The translations under genes and the position numbers were made by a program. Positions 48,432-61,148 of a stretch of DNA of 64,000 bases are shown here, in pieces; positions within the stretch are counted from its first letter, which is position 1; each line of letters begins with the position of its first letter. Origin of the DNA: Squalus acanthias (lineage: Eukaryota); the NCBI GenBank assembly GCA_030390025.1, contig CM059432.1, positions 90,026,001 to 90,090,000 of the forward strand. The letters are read 5' to 3'. The notes under the pieces were generated by a model. It saw nothing but the letters and a program-made list of their open reading frames with translations, did not search any database and was not told the origin of the DNA.

Positions 48432-50430
48432 GGCTGGGAAATTGGATCAGTTTGCGCCGGCCATTAAGACCGGTTTGGAAGAAATAATGGCAGCCGCCTC
48501 GCTTCCACCCGCTTCCGGCATGGAACGCGGTGGCCACCATTTTGGGCAGGTCGGCAGCATTGCCATTGCCTGAGCTCGCTTCATATATTTAGATGAGTCA
48601 GCTTGTGACGTCAATCGGCGTGCAACACTGAATTGGCACCCAATCTGGTATTTTGGACGTCACCGCTCTTATTAACGCCCTCTCCAAAGCACACACAGCA
48701 GAACGTGCGTGCAGAATTACGACAGACCCACTGCCAACACTTCTTAAAGGGAGCAACGCAACTTTCAGGTAAGTTTAGATTTTTGCTTTTGTACTGGTTT
48801 CTTTACATTTTATTGGCATAGTGGCTTGGTGTAAGACATTTAAAAAGTTATCAAAGTGTGCAGGGAGTACTGCTGGATGTTTGCAAGGCATTTGATTTTA
48901 AAGGAAGGCCTCTGAGAACACCATTTTCTCCCAGTCCTGGGGGTTCTAGTCGCAGTCCCCCTTGGGCTGCAGCATGACATGGAGATGGAGCAGAGGCAGC
49001 AAAGAGGACAAGCTGCTCGCAGAGGGAGGAGAAGGAAGAGGAAGAAGCAGCAAAAGAAGAAGCAGAAGGGGAGGGAAGGAGTCAACCAGGAGAGCCCCTT
49101 TCTGGCCGGGATATCCGGGATCGAATCATTCGCCTGCCCATCCCCTTTCAACATTTGTCCTACACCTTACCTTCTCTCTGATACTGACCATCACAGCATC
49201 CTCTTGGCCACAATGCTGAAATAAAAGCCACCACAAAGCAAACATTCCAATCCAACCGTAACCATATATGCATCCAATATTACATCAAAAAATCAACTAA
49301 TCACCCTGTGCATTCCCTTAGTGAGTGTCTTGCGTGTGCCTTTGCCTGTCCTTCTGCTCTTACACAGTGCTACCCTAATGAGTGCAGCATGGCTGGCGGA
49401 AGGCTACTGACTTTCAGTGGGGGACACTGCAGATGGCCTTGTAGGACGACCTCGAGGAGCTGGTGGCTGAGAGTGTCAAATCGAGTGATGATGTTTCTTC
49501 CTCACTCTCCTCTCCCTCTTCTTGGTTAAACAATGTCTGGGCAGGCTGGATTTCTTGGGTGTCTGAAATGAGGAAGGCACAAGGGTAGGTTGTGGAGAGG
49601 GATGTAAAGCAAGAGATGCATTCATACACCATGTGTAGCTTGTAAATCAGAAGATATTGTGGGATGAGCGGGAAGTGCGATGTGAGAAGGAGGATAATGT
49701 ATGAGGATACCAGCATCTTGTATTCTTTCAGCCCTGCCGCTGGCCAAGGGCTCAGCCATGTCCCTGCCAGGAATGGCCAGTACCGTCTTCTCCAAGGGGG
49801 TGAGATGAAGCTAAGTGAGGTGAAGCTAGGAATGTGAGGTGTGCCCCGTGTTTGGTAGAGATGGTTGGTAGGTGAGTGATGGGATGGGTTGTGCATTGAG
49901 CAGTGTGTGAGGCTTGTGGTGCATTTGGTAGGAGATGGCTTTTGAAGATGCATTCACTGACCATGACCAGTCGTCTGAAGTCATTAAACTTTTTTGGGCA
50001 CTGGAGCCAGGTACTGGGGGGGCGACACTGCTGGCATTGACTGCCTCGGCGATCTGGTCCCACATCCTTCTTTCTGGAGGGCCTCTTGGCCCCCTTTGGG
50101 TAGAGGACCTCTCTTCCAGTGTTCACCCCCTGCACAAAGCTGGAATGCTGTGTCCGAGACCCTGGGAGCCCTTTCCCTGGCCTGTTGAGCCATTTGTATT
50201 AGTGCTGAAGCACTTTTACCATTTTTGATCAGCAGATGGCAGCTCACCTTTAAGAGGTGCAGACTGCCTTTAAGAGGAGTAAAGCTAGCCTCACTTGAGC
50301 AATGCAAACTTTGGCCACCTGATGAACGCACAGCTTGTTGATGTGCTGTCTGCGCTTTTTGAACGAGCTTGGGCATATCTCGCAACTCGGTATTTGAGCA
50401 TGTTTTTTAGCATTATCGAATTTCGAGGTC
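48432..50430. mobile_element. PIF/Harbinger family C, copy 2, non-autonomous
   Basis: Colinear with 16160-18736. Myb exon 1 on - (ATG 50193; MAQQARERAPRVSD..REVLYPKG..WDQIAEAVNA..WLQCPKKFNDF). Degenerate termini GGCTGGGAAATT and AATTTCGAGGTC. Confidence 0.82.
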
Positions 50431-50620
50431 AAGTTGTTTTGTACATGGACTCTGTAACATGTTCTCTCTCGTGCTCTCCCTCTCTCTCTCTATCCCCCTC
50501 TCTCTCTCACTGTCATTCTTGTGCACATTTTAAACAATGTCGAGAGCCCACAACAAAACTCGTTGATGGCATACGTCAGAACCAAACGCCAAACTGAATT
50601 GAAAAGATAATTTTAAAACA

Positions 50621-51829
50621 TTTATTTCCATGATCTGGGCATCGTTGGCAAGATCACATTTATTGCCCATCCTAGTTGCCCTGAGAAGGTGGTGAGCCTC
50701 CTCCTTGTAAATGCCGCCTGCAATCCTTGTGCTGAAGGTACTCCCACGATGGCGTTAAGGAGGGAATCCCAAGATTTTGACCCAGGAACGATGAAAAAAT
50801 TGCAGTGCATGTCCAAGTCCGGATATTGTGTAACCTGAGAGAGAACTTGGTGTTCTTATGATCTTGATACTCTTGTCCTTCTTGGTGATAGATTCCGCTG
50901 GGGTGGTGGGAGGGGGGGGGGGGGGGGGGCGGGGTGCAGTGGAGGTCCTGTCGATGTAAACCTGGTGAATTGCTCCACTGTATCCTGTAAGTAGCACATA
51001 CTGCAGCTATGGGCACTTTGGGTAGAGTTTAGTGGTGGGGATGTTGATCAAGCAGATTGCTTTGTCCTGGAAGCAATCCTTCTTGAGTGTTGTTGTCACT
51101 GAACCCATCCAGGTGAGTGATGTGTATTCCATAACACTCTTGAGCCTTTTTAATGGTGAAATGGCAGTGAGGGGCCAGGAAATGGACTACCTGTTGCAAA
51201 GTACCCAGCCTCTGCCCTGTGCTTGTAGCCATGGTGTTGATATGGCTGGTGCAGTTAAGCTTCTGGTCAGTGGTGACCCCCCAGGATGCTGATGTTGGGT
51301 AACTCAGCAATGGTGGTGCCATTGAATGTTAGGGCAATGTGGTTGGGTTTTATCTTGTTGGAGATGGTCATTACCTGGCACTTATGTAGCATGAATATTA
51401 CCTGCCACTAGTCAGCCTGCGCCTGGATGTTGTACTATTGTAGGCTGGCATGGTCACTTCATTATCAGAGGAGTTGTGAATGGAACAAAGAGTGTAGGAT
51501 TGCCAGAGAACAGCCTCACTCCTGACCTTATGATGAAGGGAAAGTCTTTGATGAAGCAGCTGAAGATGGTAAAGTTAAGGAGGCTACCTTGAGGAACTCC
51601 TGCAGTGAAGCCCTGAGATTGCGATGGTTGGCTTCCGACAACCACTTCCATCAGGTATGACTTCAGCCACTGGACAGTTTCTGATTTATCCCAATTGACC
51701 TCAATTTTGGTAGGGCTCCTTGGTGTCTTACTTGGGTGAATACTGCATTGATGTGAAAGACACCTACTCTCACCTATCCCCTAGCATGTAGCTCTTGTCT
51801 GGAAAAAGCCTGTGACAAGGTCTGGAGAC
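50621..51829 (-). mobile_element. Degraded LINE (CR1/L2 group), RT fragment and 3' end
   Basis: VVVGSQPSQSQGFTAGVPQGSLL..FSCFIKD; GVTTDQKLNCTSHINT..GQRLG; 3' end shared with the 10204 copy. Confidence 0.85.
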
Positions 51830-51832
51830 TAG

Positions 51833-52727
51833 GGGGGAAAAATTCAGTTGGTTGCGCGTCCCGTTAGCGCCTTAAGAGGGCGCTAATGGGGCGCAAATCA
51901 TCTAGCGCCCAGGCGCGGCGATGTTTGCGCCGCTCGCGAAATTAACTAGACATTTTGTGGCGGCGCTAAACACTACCGCCACGATCTCCTGCGCTGGCAG
52001 ATCGTGACGTCAGTCGAGTGCGCAACGCCCCGGTATCGTCCCGGAGCAGATATTGAGTGGCGCCCCCTGCCTTACCGCCTGACGCTAGCAACGACAGGTT
52101 GAGGGGAGCGTTTTGCAGTCATGAAGGGACTGGGGGAGCGCTATTTAAAGGGGACCGCTTCCTGCCTTTTATTGTTGGTGCCATTTTTGAACCACGCATT
52201 CTGAGAGAGAGAGAGAGAGAGACTTCTGGAGAGATTCAACGCTGTGTGAAGGAGTTTTGGGTACTGAGCAGCACTTTGCAGGTTCATTTTGATTTGCCAT
52301 TCCTTGTATCGATTTACAAGAGACTGTGGGGGCTGCACTCTAAGCTCTTTCCCTGGTACTCTCCATTGTTCTTTCCAGCAGATTTGATGTGCAGGTCTCT
52401 CCAGGCCGGGATTCAAGGCTGCAATGAGCAGGATGTGGATGGAAAGCAAGATCAACCATCCCCTTTAAGAACTGGCCGGTGCCATTGTGTGTGTGTTCCA
52501 TTGCTGACTGACATCACATGAGCTTCGCCAGCGCTCTGAGGTAGCGCCTCGCTCCTCGGTCTTTGCGCCTTAAGACAGGTGTGAAGCACCTGATTTAGCA
52601 CTCCAATCACCTGCAGGGGCGATAAAAGTCAAGTTTGCAGTCGGTGGCGATAATTAGCGCCAGGCGCTAATCTTTGCGCCCAGCCGATAATTGCGCCCCA
52701 AATGGGGCGATACTGAATTTCTCCCCC
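51833..52727. mobile_element. 895-bp MITE, internal-deletion derivative of Harbinger A
   Basis: TIRs GGGGGAAAAATTCAGT and ACTGAATTTCTCCCCC; TSD TAG; aligns to A 1397-1890 plus about 5097-5482. Confidence 0.95.
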
Positions 52728-55213
52728 TAGTAGTTTTGTCAGAATGTGTCCTGAATCTGGCCAGTAATTAACTATTTGCAAATTTGTCTTTATTTGGACC
52801 ACTTTGAATTGAAAGGCTTGACCCTTTAAAAGAATCAGTTAGAACGATATCCTTCTACATCTGTAGCGCCATTTTCCAAACCCCAACGTAAGTTCCTTGC
52901 ATCACTGTAGGCCTGAGACTGAAGACATAGCAATAGAAATTTTGGGTTCTATGAACATAATAAAAAGTTAAAACAATAGGAAGTTAATTGAACAGGATCC
53001 AGCAGAATGTATAACAAAACTATTCATTTTCAGGTTGATATGAAAAGCTACAGTCCCACATAAACCTGGCCATTTCAAGAGAACTATAACTGCCTTTCGA
53101 TCATAATTGCAATGAAATCAACAAATCCAAATCATGGCACTTTGTTTCTCTTTTCCCTCATTCTGTTGCACTTTACTGTTTAATCACTGCGTAAGTCATG
53201 CCAAATGAAAAAAATAGCTGCATGTACAGGGTACACCTGCAGCACGAGGACACAAACTGTTCTCATTGTTAAACTGCACTTGATTTAGATGCTTTCGTTA
53301 CTTGGATACAACATGAGGTGAAGTGAGTTACAAAGTGCTGTGAAATTGGCAGGCTAAAGGGCATATTTCTTACTCAGTTCCTTCTAATTAACCACTCAGT
53401 TCTGTTCAGCAGCATGGCTTAATTAGAAGCTGGCATTAGTTCTAATTGTTTGCAAATTAACAAGGCTGCATGTAAATAGTGCTAATAACTTTAATTGCAC
53501 TGTAGCAGTATTCTAGTTAATAAGGTCTATGTACCATTCCCTATGTTAAGACACTGGATTGCACGTTAAGACGCTACACAAACTGTGTGTCAACGATATC
53601 ATGGATTATATTAAATGATACACACTCAGACATCTTTATGAAGTTGCTCATAGCCAAAAAATATAGTTGAGCTCGAGATGGATCAATATTGCTGATAAAG
53701 ATTTTGTCCATTGCTCCTCTACAGAAACAAAAGCTGTCAATAGTCTAATTAGTCAAACTAAAGGATCGCTCCTGTGTAATGCAAGCTAGCTGCATTGACC
53801 GTTTCATTGTTTTAAAATCTTAAGGTATTTAGCAGAACCGTACAGATAAAGATACATTTTCAAATAACTGCAACTTAATTTATCCTACCTGTTGTTATGT
53901 TCCAAGCTTCTTGCATTTAAATGAAAACATGTTAGCGTGCTGATATAACAAACCCTTCCTTGCATCTGCTAGTGCTATAAGGCGTTGTGAAGCTGTGGTA
54001 CGTGTTTTTAAAGCTGATGACGCTAACGAATCACAGCACAAATGACCGAATCGATGTGAAAGCAGCCACTGCTGTTTAAGAGTATCAATAAATGTACCTT
54101 TTCGCTGGAATGGATAAGTGTTGCATTTAAAAGTCATATGGATCTCTTAATTGAAAGTTAATTTTAAATCAATGAACAGAGTCATTTAAATATCGATTGC
54201 CCCTTTCAATGTGAATTGTTAACGGTTGGGTTTTGTAACAACTTTGTTTAAGATGCAATCAATAGCACACAATCAGTACATTCCATAAAAGAAAATTGAC
54301 AGATGTTCTTAAAATGCCTTCTGGGTATAATAATCTTATCTACTTTCATGTATGGCTTGGAATACCCATGATCCTTCAGCTTTCCTAATGATATCTTTAT
54401 ATTTTAAGGATTTAAATCAGGCTTGAACTCACTTGTGCAATGGTACTAAGAGTTCAGTATGAAGACTAAGCATGGAAAGGGCCTTGGATTGGTACAACAT
54501 GTGTTGTTACTGTTATGAACAGTTATTTGCATAGTCTCCTAACAAATGAAATAGTGGATGAGTTATTAGGTTGAACAGAATGAAAAACTTTGGTTTTGTG
54601 CACGCTAGCATTTATAGGTCTTATTTGCTTATGGAATATAATATGGAATGGGCTTCAATTACTTTCAGTATCATAAAATATCACCATGAGAGTTTAATAG
54701 AAATTGCATTCCATTCATTGAATAATATTAACTCCAGTTTTCATTCAAACTCAAGTGTTAACTGTAGAACAATTTTGCTATTGTATAAACCATCAAACTT
54801 TAATCTTTGGAAAAAATATATGTGGAGCTTATGTAAACTCATATGTCCAAGTACATTGCATATTCCATTGTACATGTGATATTGTTTAGGTTTTAATGAA
54901 ATAGACATTTTCTGCACGTGCTTCTGGAGTTGAATCTCAGCAATTGCTTTTATTGGCTTCTCTTCTGTGTTATTTTCCTTTCCAGAAGCAAATGTCATTG
55001 CTTCCATTAATTTGGATTTGAAGAACCAGCTAATCTAGCTAAAAGAGTATAAATTTCATTGTGGGATACTTTGTCTTGTTTAACAGAATGAGGTAAACAA
55101 AGCTACAAGTGGCTTTCAATGTACAGTACAGCAAATAACAGGCTGATGTGACATGGCTGGATGTGGCACTGCTACACTGCATAGCCTGTGCAAGGAGTCT
55201 CAAAGAATGCATT

Positions 55214-55983
55214 GGCCTGGAATTTGTGCTTGTAATGATGGCGAAACTGTCAGCGCATGCTGTCATTACTGTGTAAAACTGACAGCAACTTCTGGCATCC
55301 GCACATGCGCAGTTAAACACGGAAATCCAGAAGTTGCTGTCAGTGATACCCTGCTGCTCCACAGGGTCCGCTGTTGCAGTCTTCGCAGATGCAGAAATCA
55401 ACACAGAATCACTGATTTGACAGAACTCCAACTTTTTACGCATTATTCTCACTGTAAAAACCATTGAAGAAGTTAAGCCTTGTTGAATGAGGTATACTAG
55501 TTTTTAACAGCGTACTAAGTCATAATTACTGCTGAACAACCTCTCTGACCCTGAAAAACTAATCTTATAAGTGTGGAGTGTCATTCCCTCCATTCCATGC
55601 TAAAAATTCCTTACATTTTTTACATAATAAAAATTAATATTTTTTAAATGTTTATGATATTTCAACTTTTACCTTAATTCTGTGTATATGTCCCAATCTA
55701 TATTTCACTCTTAGTAAAATGATTAAAAAGTGAATGATCATCAGTGCTTTTTACTTCCTGGTTTGCTGTCTGTCAGAATTCTTCAATCTGATTGGCTGCT
55801 CAGCCTGCTTGATGACTTCACTGTTCCTGGACACCACAGATCCCCTATAGATGGTACCAGATTGAAACTATCATCGGAATAGGGGAAATTGACGCCACAG
55901 AGCCTGCTAAATCTTTGTGGGCAGCTTTCTTTGAGGTTAGCAGCGAGCGCCATCCCTTCGCCACTGACTGTAAAATCTGCGCC
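55214..55983. mobile_element. Older Harbinger-like MITE (770 bp)
   Basis: Termini GGCCTGGAATTTG and TAAAATCTGCGCC; ATT on both sides. Confidence 0.6.
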
Positions 55984-56288
55984 ATTATGTCAGCAGCAAA
56001 GCACTAAAAGGATCAGGAAAGAACAAAAATAAGTCTTCATTCTAAAACACCTTTCAACTTTCACTGAAGTAACACATCTATTATTGTGCTGTCTTTCATT
56101 TGGTATATCAGCTCAACATGATGTCTGAAAGTCTCAAATGTATGCTTTACAAATCATAAAAGCCTTAGTTTTTGAAGGCTAATTCCTTCTACCAAGTTGT
56201 TACCAAATTAGGAATAAAAAGTGAAATGTAGCTTTATTATTCTACTGAAGAATACATACCTTCGAAATCAAAACTCCCACAAAGTTAA

Positions 56289-57040
56289 GGGGGTGAAATT
56301 GGATGCCTTTGCACCTCACGTTCGTGCCCCCAGAGGGCGCGAACAGGGCTCAAATGGCTTTGCAACCGGGCACAGTGCTGACGTCGACTCCCGCCATATT
56401 CGGCGGGAGTTTTGCGGCGGTGCTATGGCATTGAGCCCTGATCTCCTTCGCCTGGATATCGTGACGTCATCGCCATGCGCAACGTCCCGGTAGCACCCCA
56501 GACCCGAAATTGACCTCCGCTCCCTGCAGCAGCGCTGGTCAAAAACAACGATAGCTGCAGGAGGCGTGCATCTGGCGGCCAGCTGCTTCAGGGGCGATGA
56601 CTAAAGGCGCGGTGGCCGATGTAAGTAAAAAAGAAAATTTACCTTTCTTGTGCCAGTTTTTTTCGTGGGTTCCTGCCCGCGATCGATCAGCCCGGCACTC
56701 TGCTTGAGTTTCGGGCTGATCGCGTGGGATCGCGGCTGCCTTTGTGGTCCAGGTAGGTACTTTTTATATTGCAAAGCCTGCAGCGATGGCCCTCCCATTT
56801 AAGGGAGGGAAGGAGCCTTTGAACGCGGCAGTGCTGCACGACCCAGTGGGCAGTGCTGCTGAAGTCTCCGCCCCGCCTGCTGCCGATTACGCTCAAAGAA
56901 GGAAGTGGAGCGCTTGATTTAGTTCTCCACTTCCTTCCTGGAGCGCAAAACCAAATTTTTCAAAAAGTTTTGAAACATTAGCGCCTGGCGTCAATTTTCT
57001 CAACTTTTAAAAGTTAGCATCCCAAACAGGGCTATAATGA
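56289..57040. mobile_element. Harbinger A-related MITE (diverged subfamily), right TIR lost
   Basis: TAA|GGGGGTGAAATT..AGAGGGCGCGAACAGGGCTCAAA resembles the A left end; TTAGCGCCTGGCG and CCCAAACAGGGC resemble the A right end; CpG-rich. Confidence 0.72.
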
Positions 57041-59129
57041 TCCTTATATCCTTATGAAAATGATGATTGGTAAACCAAAGCTTGTAATTGCAGCACTTTG
57101 TCAATCTTCACAAATGACACATCTGCTGTTTCAAACCATGAAATAATAAACAACTTGGAATTTCTCAAATATGAAACGATTCTTTGGTAGGTTTCAACCA
57201 AAAGAAATGCAATATTTTTTTTAAAATCCTGCAGCTAGTTCAACATTAAAACTGTTGATTTGCTGTAAAACTTTAACTGGTGAAAAGCAAGTCTGTAGTG
57301 CTCCAACCACCTGCACCACTTCAACCCATATCGCATTATAATCACCCTTAACGCTGCATTGTCAAGTTCATTTCACTCCATTTCTCCTTTCTTGAAAGCA
57401 ATATAAAAATTGGAGATTAAAAAGAAATAATTCAGTGTCACTAGTTTATTTGCATATGAAGATGCTGTTACTAAGAAAGGGCTTGAGATTTGGCTGATAG
57501 ATCTTATTTGTCTGGTAGAGTTGACCAGGGAGATAGAGCTACAGCTGGTTACTTCATTAGGTTCTCTCATTGATTGAACCCTGCTGAAGTGATGCAGCAG
57601 GCTTCACGATAACTGCTGGTAATAGAACAAAATGAATTCTTATCACAGAGATTGGAAAGGCCATTAACCTCGGCCTCCAGTGCTTTCAGAAGTTATAGAC
57701 AGGAAGCTGCGTGGTGACTGGTAAAACTGTTTTCTGTCTAACTACAGGTCACGTTGGAGGGCGTGTGTGAAATTTTTACCCTTCGGCTTCTACATAGATG
57801 AAACAATTAAGAGACAGATGTTTAAAATCATCCTTTAATAAACATGGAAAAAGAAGAAAAATATCAGAATGGAAAGGATTTTATCTTGATTATTTTTAAT
57901 GCAATAATAATTGTTTCCATCAGGCTGGCTGTCCTGTTGCAAGAACAATGATATAAGCAATATTCACTGACAGAATATTAAGATACCATTTCCATATTTT
58001 TTTAACCTGCATGCAGTTTTAGATCAACTGCTGTTTCCTGTGCTGCTTGAGTTTGTTGAGAATAAATCCATCCATCCAAATACGTCTGCTATAATATGGC
58101 ATTGGGTGTAGGCCTTTTTTGTAATCTATACATAAAATGTGTATACTGCAAACAGATGATTGATATTTCTTTCCAGTAATGTTGTAATAACAGAATAGTT
58201 AATTATCACAATTATCCTGTTTGAACTACCATGCTAACTTCAGTATCTAAAAGTAAAAATTCTGAGGAAAAAATACTACAATCATTCAAATTAGACACCT
58301 GTGAGGTTTCAACCCTATTAAAATGCAAGTATATATTTCAACTGAGACACAGCATGTTTGGTTGGTTCCTAGGAGCTCCTCATGAAAAATGTCTGATTAG
58401 TGGTTGCTGCCTTAATGTTCTGACCTTGAGTGAAATTGAGGCATTTGGTGATGAATGTGGTCAGTTGTGCTGGCTGGAATAAGCAGCTGCTGTTGCTGTA
58501 TTGTGCTGTGAAAAAGCATACAGTACCGATGGCTATGCACAAAATAGTTATATTTAATTCAGTTCACCCTGCTGACAGATCACAGATCAAATCAGTTGTG
58601 TGCTGTTATAAGAAGGCTATCATTATTGTGACTCCTCCCCACAGATCTGGTCACTTTGGATTGAAAGATGCTTACACCAGTTAATGTAAGGGTGCAGGAG
58701 GTGGACCACATGTCCTGTAGTTCTTTACTGTATTATTTATATGTGGATGTTTATTTGATCTCTTTGTGATCGTTCTTAAAATAGAGAAAACCACTTAAAA
58801 CTGGCTTCCCAATTAGTAGCAAAACAATTATTTTATAAAGTCTTGTGAAATGTATGAATCAAGATGAAGTATAGCTGTGAATCAAAAGTGAAAAACAGTA
58901 ACACCTTCTGGTGAAAAATAATGATAGGAGTTTTGTAGATCAACAGTCAAATGTCACATGATCCATTCATTACACATTAGTTAATTAGCAGGATCCAAAA
59001 CCAAACTGATCTCATGCACTGATGGGCTTAACTGTAGTGTAAAAAATTCTTGCACTGCTTGGCTTATATTATATAACTAGCCAAATACTGTACTCAGTGC
59101 AATAGCTTAATATTTGGTGAGCATAATCG

Positions 59130-59243
59130 ATGCAATGCGTACTTTATGGCTCGCTGTAAAATCTTGTTTGATAACGGTCCTGTGAAGCGCCATGGGACTT
59201 TTTACTATGTTAAAGGTGCTATATAAATGCAAGTTGTTGTTGT
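59130..59243 (+). mobile_element. L2/SINE-type 3' tail
   Basis: TGTGAAGCGCC..TTTTACTATGTTAAAGGTGCTATATAAATGCAAG(TTG)n; inverse copy at 62095-62139. Confidence 0.7.
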
Positions 59244-59457
59244 AATGAATAATAGCTTTTTCTCAATAAACCAGCAGGAGTAACATCATACTTGTTAATT
59301 CTTCCGTGTGAATGATGTCATGGCTCAGAGCAGGATTATACTGACTGTTGGCATCGGCATGGAAAGCCACCACCAACACAAAAGCCAATAACCAAAAGCA
59401 GAATACAACCCCCACATAAAATTGAAACAATATACTTCTAAATAATGGAAAATACGG

Positions 59458-59585
59458 GGGAGGGATTTCAAGGCTGTAATCTAATTGAATAGTTTAAATG
59501 ATTGTTTTAAACCACTTGAGTCCATTCTCATGGTTGATGACATCGTCTGAACCTTAAATTAGATTACAGCTTTGTAATCACTCCC
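59458..59585. repeat. Old foldback (arms about 32 bp)
   Basis: GGGAGGGATTTCAAGGCTGTAATCTAATTGAA versus the reverse complement of TTAAATTAGATTACAGCTTTGTAATCACTCCC. Confidence 0.72.
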
Positions 59586-59756
59586 AGGTATCCTTTATTT
59601 TCTGTTAGAAATGGCTAAAATGGATACATTCATTTCATGGGGTTTCAATTTTTCAGTCTGATGTATAACACACATTAGCATATGAGCTGTAGAAATACAC
59701 AACAAAATTAGCATTAGAAAAAAATCAGCGATGAAAGTATAAGTAGGCTGTTTGAA

Positions 59757-59989
59757 GCTATAGATTTCTGGAGCAAGTTGGGGTAGAAATTCCTCTGTGC
59801 ACTACTTTAAGATAATTGGTTAATGCTTTCAGGTGACATTCCACTGTTCACTGTTTTAACTAAACGGTGGGTTAATACCTTTGCTAAATTAGCGAACAGA
59901 AGAATTTCACACAAAAGCATTAACCAATTCCTTAAAAATAACACACAGTGGAATTGCTAACCCATATTTGTCTCCAGAACTTTATAAGC
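59757..59989. repeat. Old foldback/MITE (arms about 80 bp)
   Basis: GGGGTAGAAATTCC..AATTGGTTAATGCTTT versus AAAGCATTAACCAATT..GGAATTGCTAACCC; outer TTCTGGAG and CTCCAGAA. Confidence 0.75.
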
Positions 59990-60397
59990 ATAAATCAACA
60001 GAGTCATACAGTGCGATGGTGGGAGGAAGGTGCTGTTATGGTTTTCTTTAAAAATTGGTTAAGAAAAAACATAAAGGCTCCATAAGTCTGAAACAGGTAT
60101 CTTCTGCCATAAACTATTCTAAAAGAAAAATACATTTTTATTAGACATTTTTTATTGCTTGGGTTCAGCAAAGTGGGTGGAATTCTGTTGAATTTAATGA
60201 TGTAGACACTCTTGCTCCTTAGTCACTTTAGGCTATCTAGATATATATTCATTAGCAGCTGCAGACTTTTTTCTACACAAAGTCTCCCCATATATCACGA
60301 GTACAGCAGATATGTTGAGCATAGCTTTTGTAAACAGAACCTGAGATAGGTATGCTTTCCTTAATAATAATGTTCTAGATCACCTAATTCCTCAGTT

Positions 60398-61148
60398 CAT
60401 AAAATAAGAACATAAGAAATAGGAGCAGGAGTCGGCCATTTGGCCCTTCGAGCCTGCTCTGCCATTCAATAAGATCATGGCTGATCTTCTACCTCATCTC
60501 CACTTTCCTACACTATCCCCATATCCCTTGATTCTCTTAATATTCAAAAATCTATCGCTTTCTGTCTTGAATATACTCAACGACTGAGCCTCCACAGCCC
60601 TCTGGGGTAGAGAATTCCAAAGATTCACCACCCTCTAAGTGAAGAAATTTCTCCTCATCTCAGTCCTAAATGGCTGACCCCCTTATTCTGAGACTGTGAC
60701 TTCTGATTCTAGACTCCCCAGCCAGGGGAAACATTCTCCCTGCATCTACCCTGTCAAGCTCTCATTCTTCTAAACTCTAGAGAATATAAGCCTAGCCTAC
60801 TCAATCTATCCTCATAGGACAATCCCCCCATCCCAGGAACCAGTCTAGTGAACCTTCATTGCACTCCCTCTATGGCAAGTATATCCTTCCTTAGATAAGG
60901 AGACCACAATACTCCAGCTTTGGTCTCACCAGGGCCCTATATAATTGCAGTAAGACGTCTTTACTCTTATACTCAAATCTACTTGTAATAAAGGCCAACA
61001 TACCATTTACTTTACTAATTGCTTGCTGTACCTACATGTTAACTTTCAGTGATTTGTGTACAAGGACACCCAGATCCCTCTGAACACCAACATTTCCCAA
61101 TCTCTCACCATTTAAAAAATACTCTGCTTTTCTATTTTTCCTACCAAA
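60398..61148 (-). mobile_element. CR1 3' fragment, same family as copies 1 and 2
   Basis: Near-identical to 305-1080 apart from deletions. Confidence 0.94.

Noticed and set aside
50900..50935. Poly-G run (and poly-C at 31629-31660) as functional G-quadruplexes
   Set aside because: Simple homopolymer slippage inside decayed repeats, with length prone to sequencing error.
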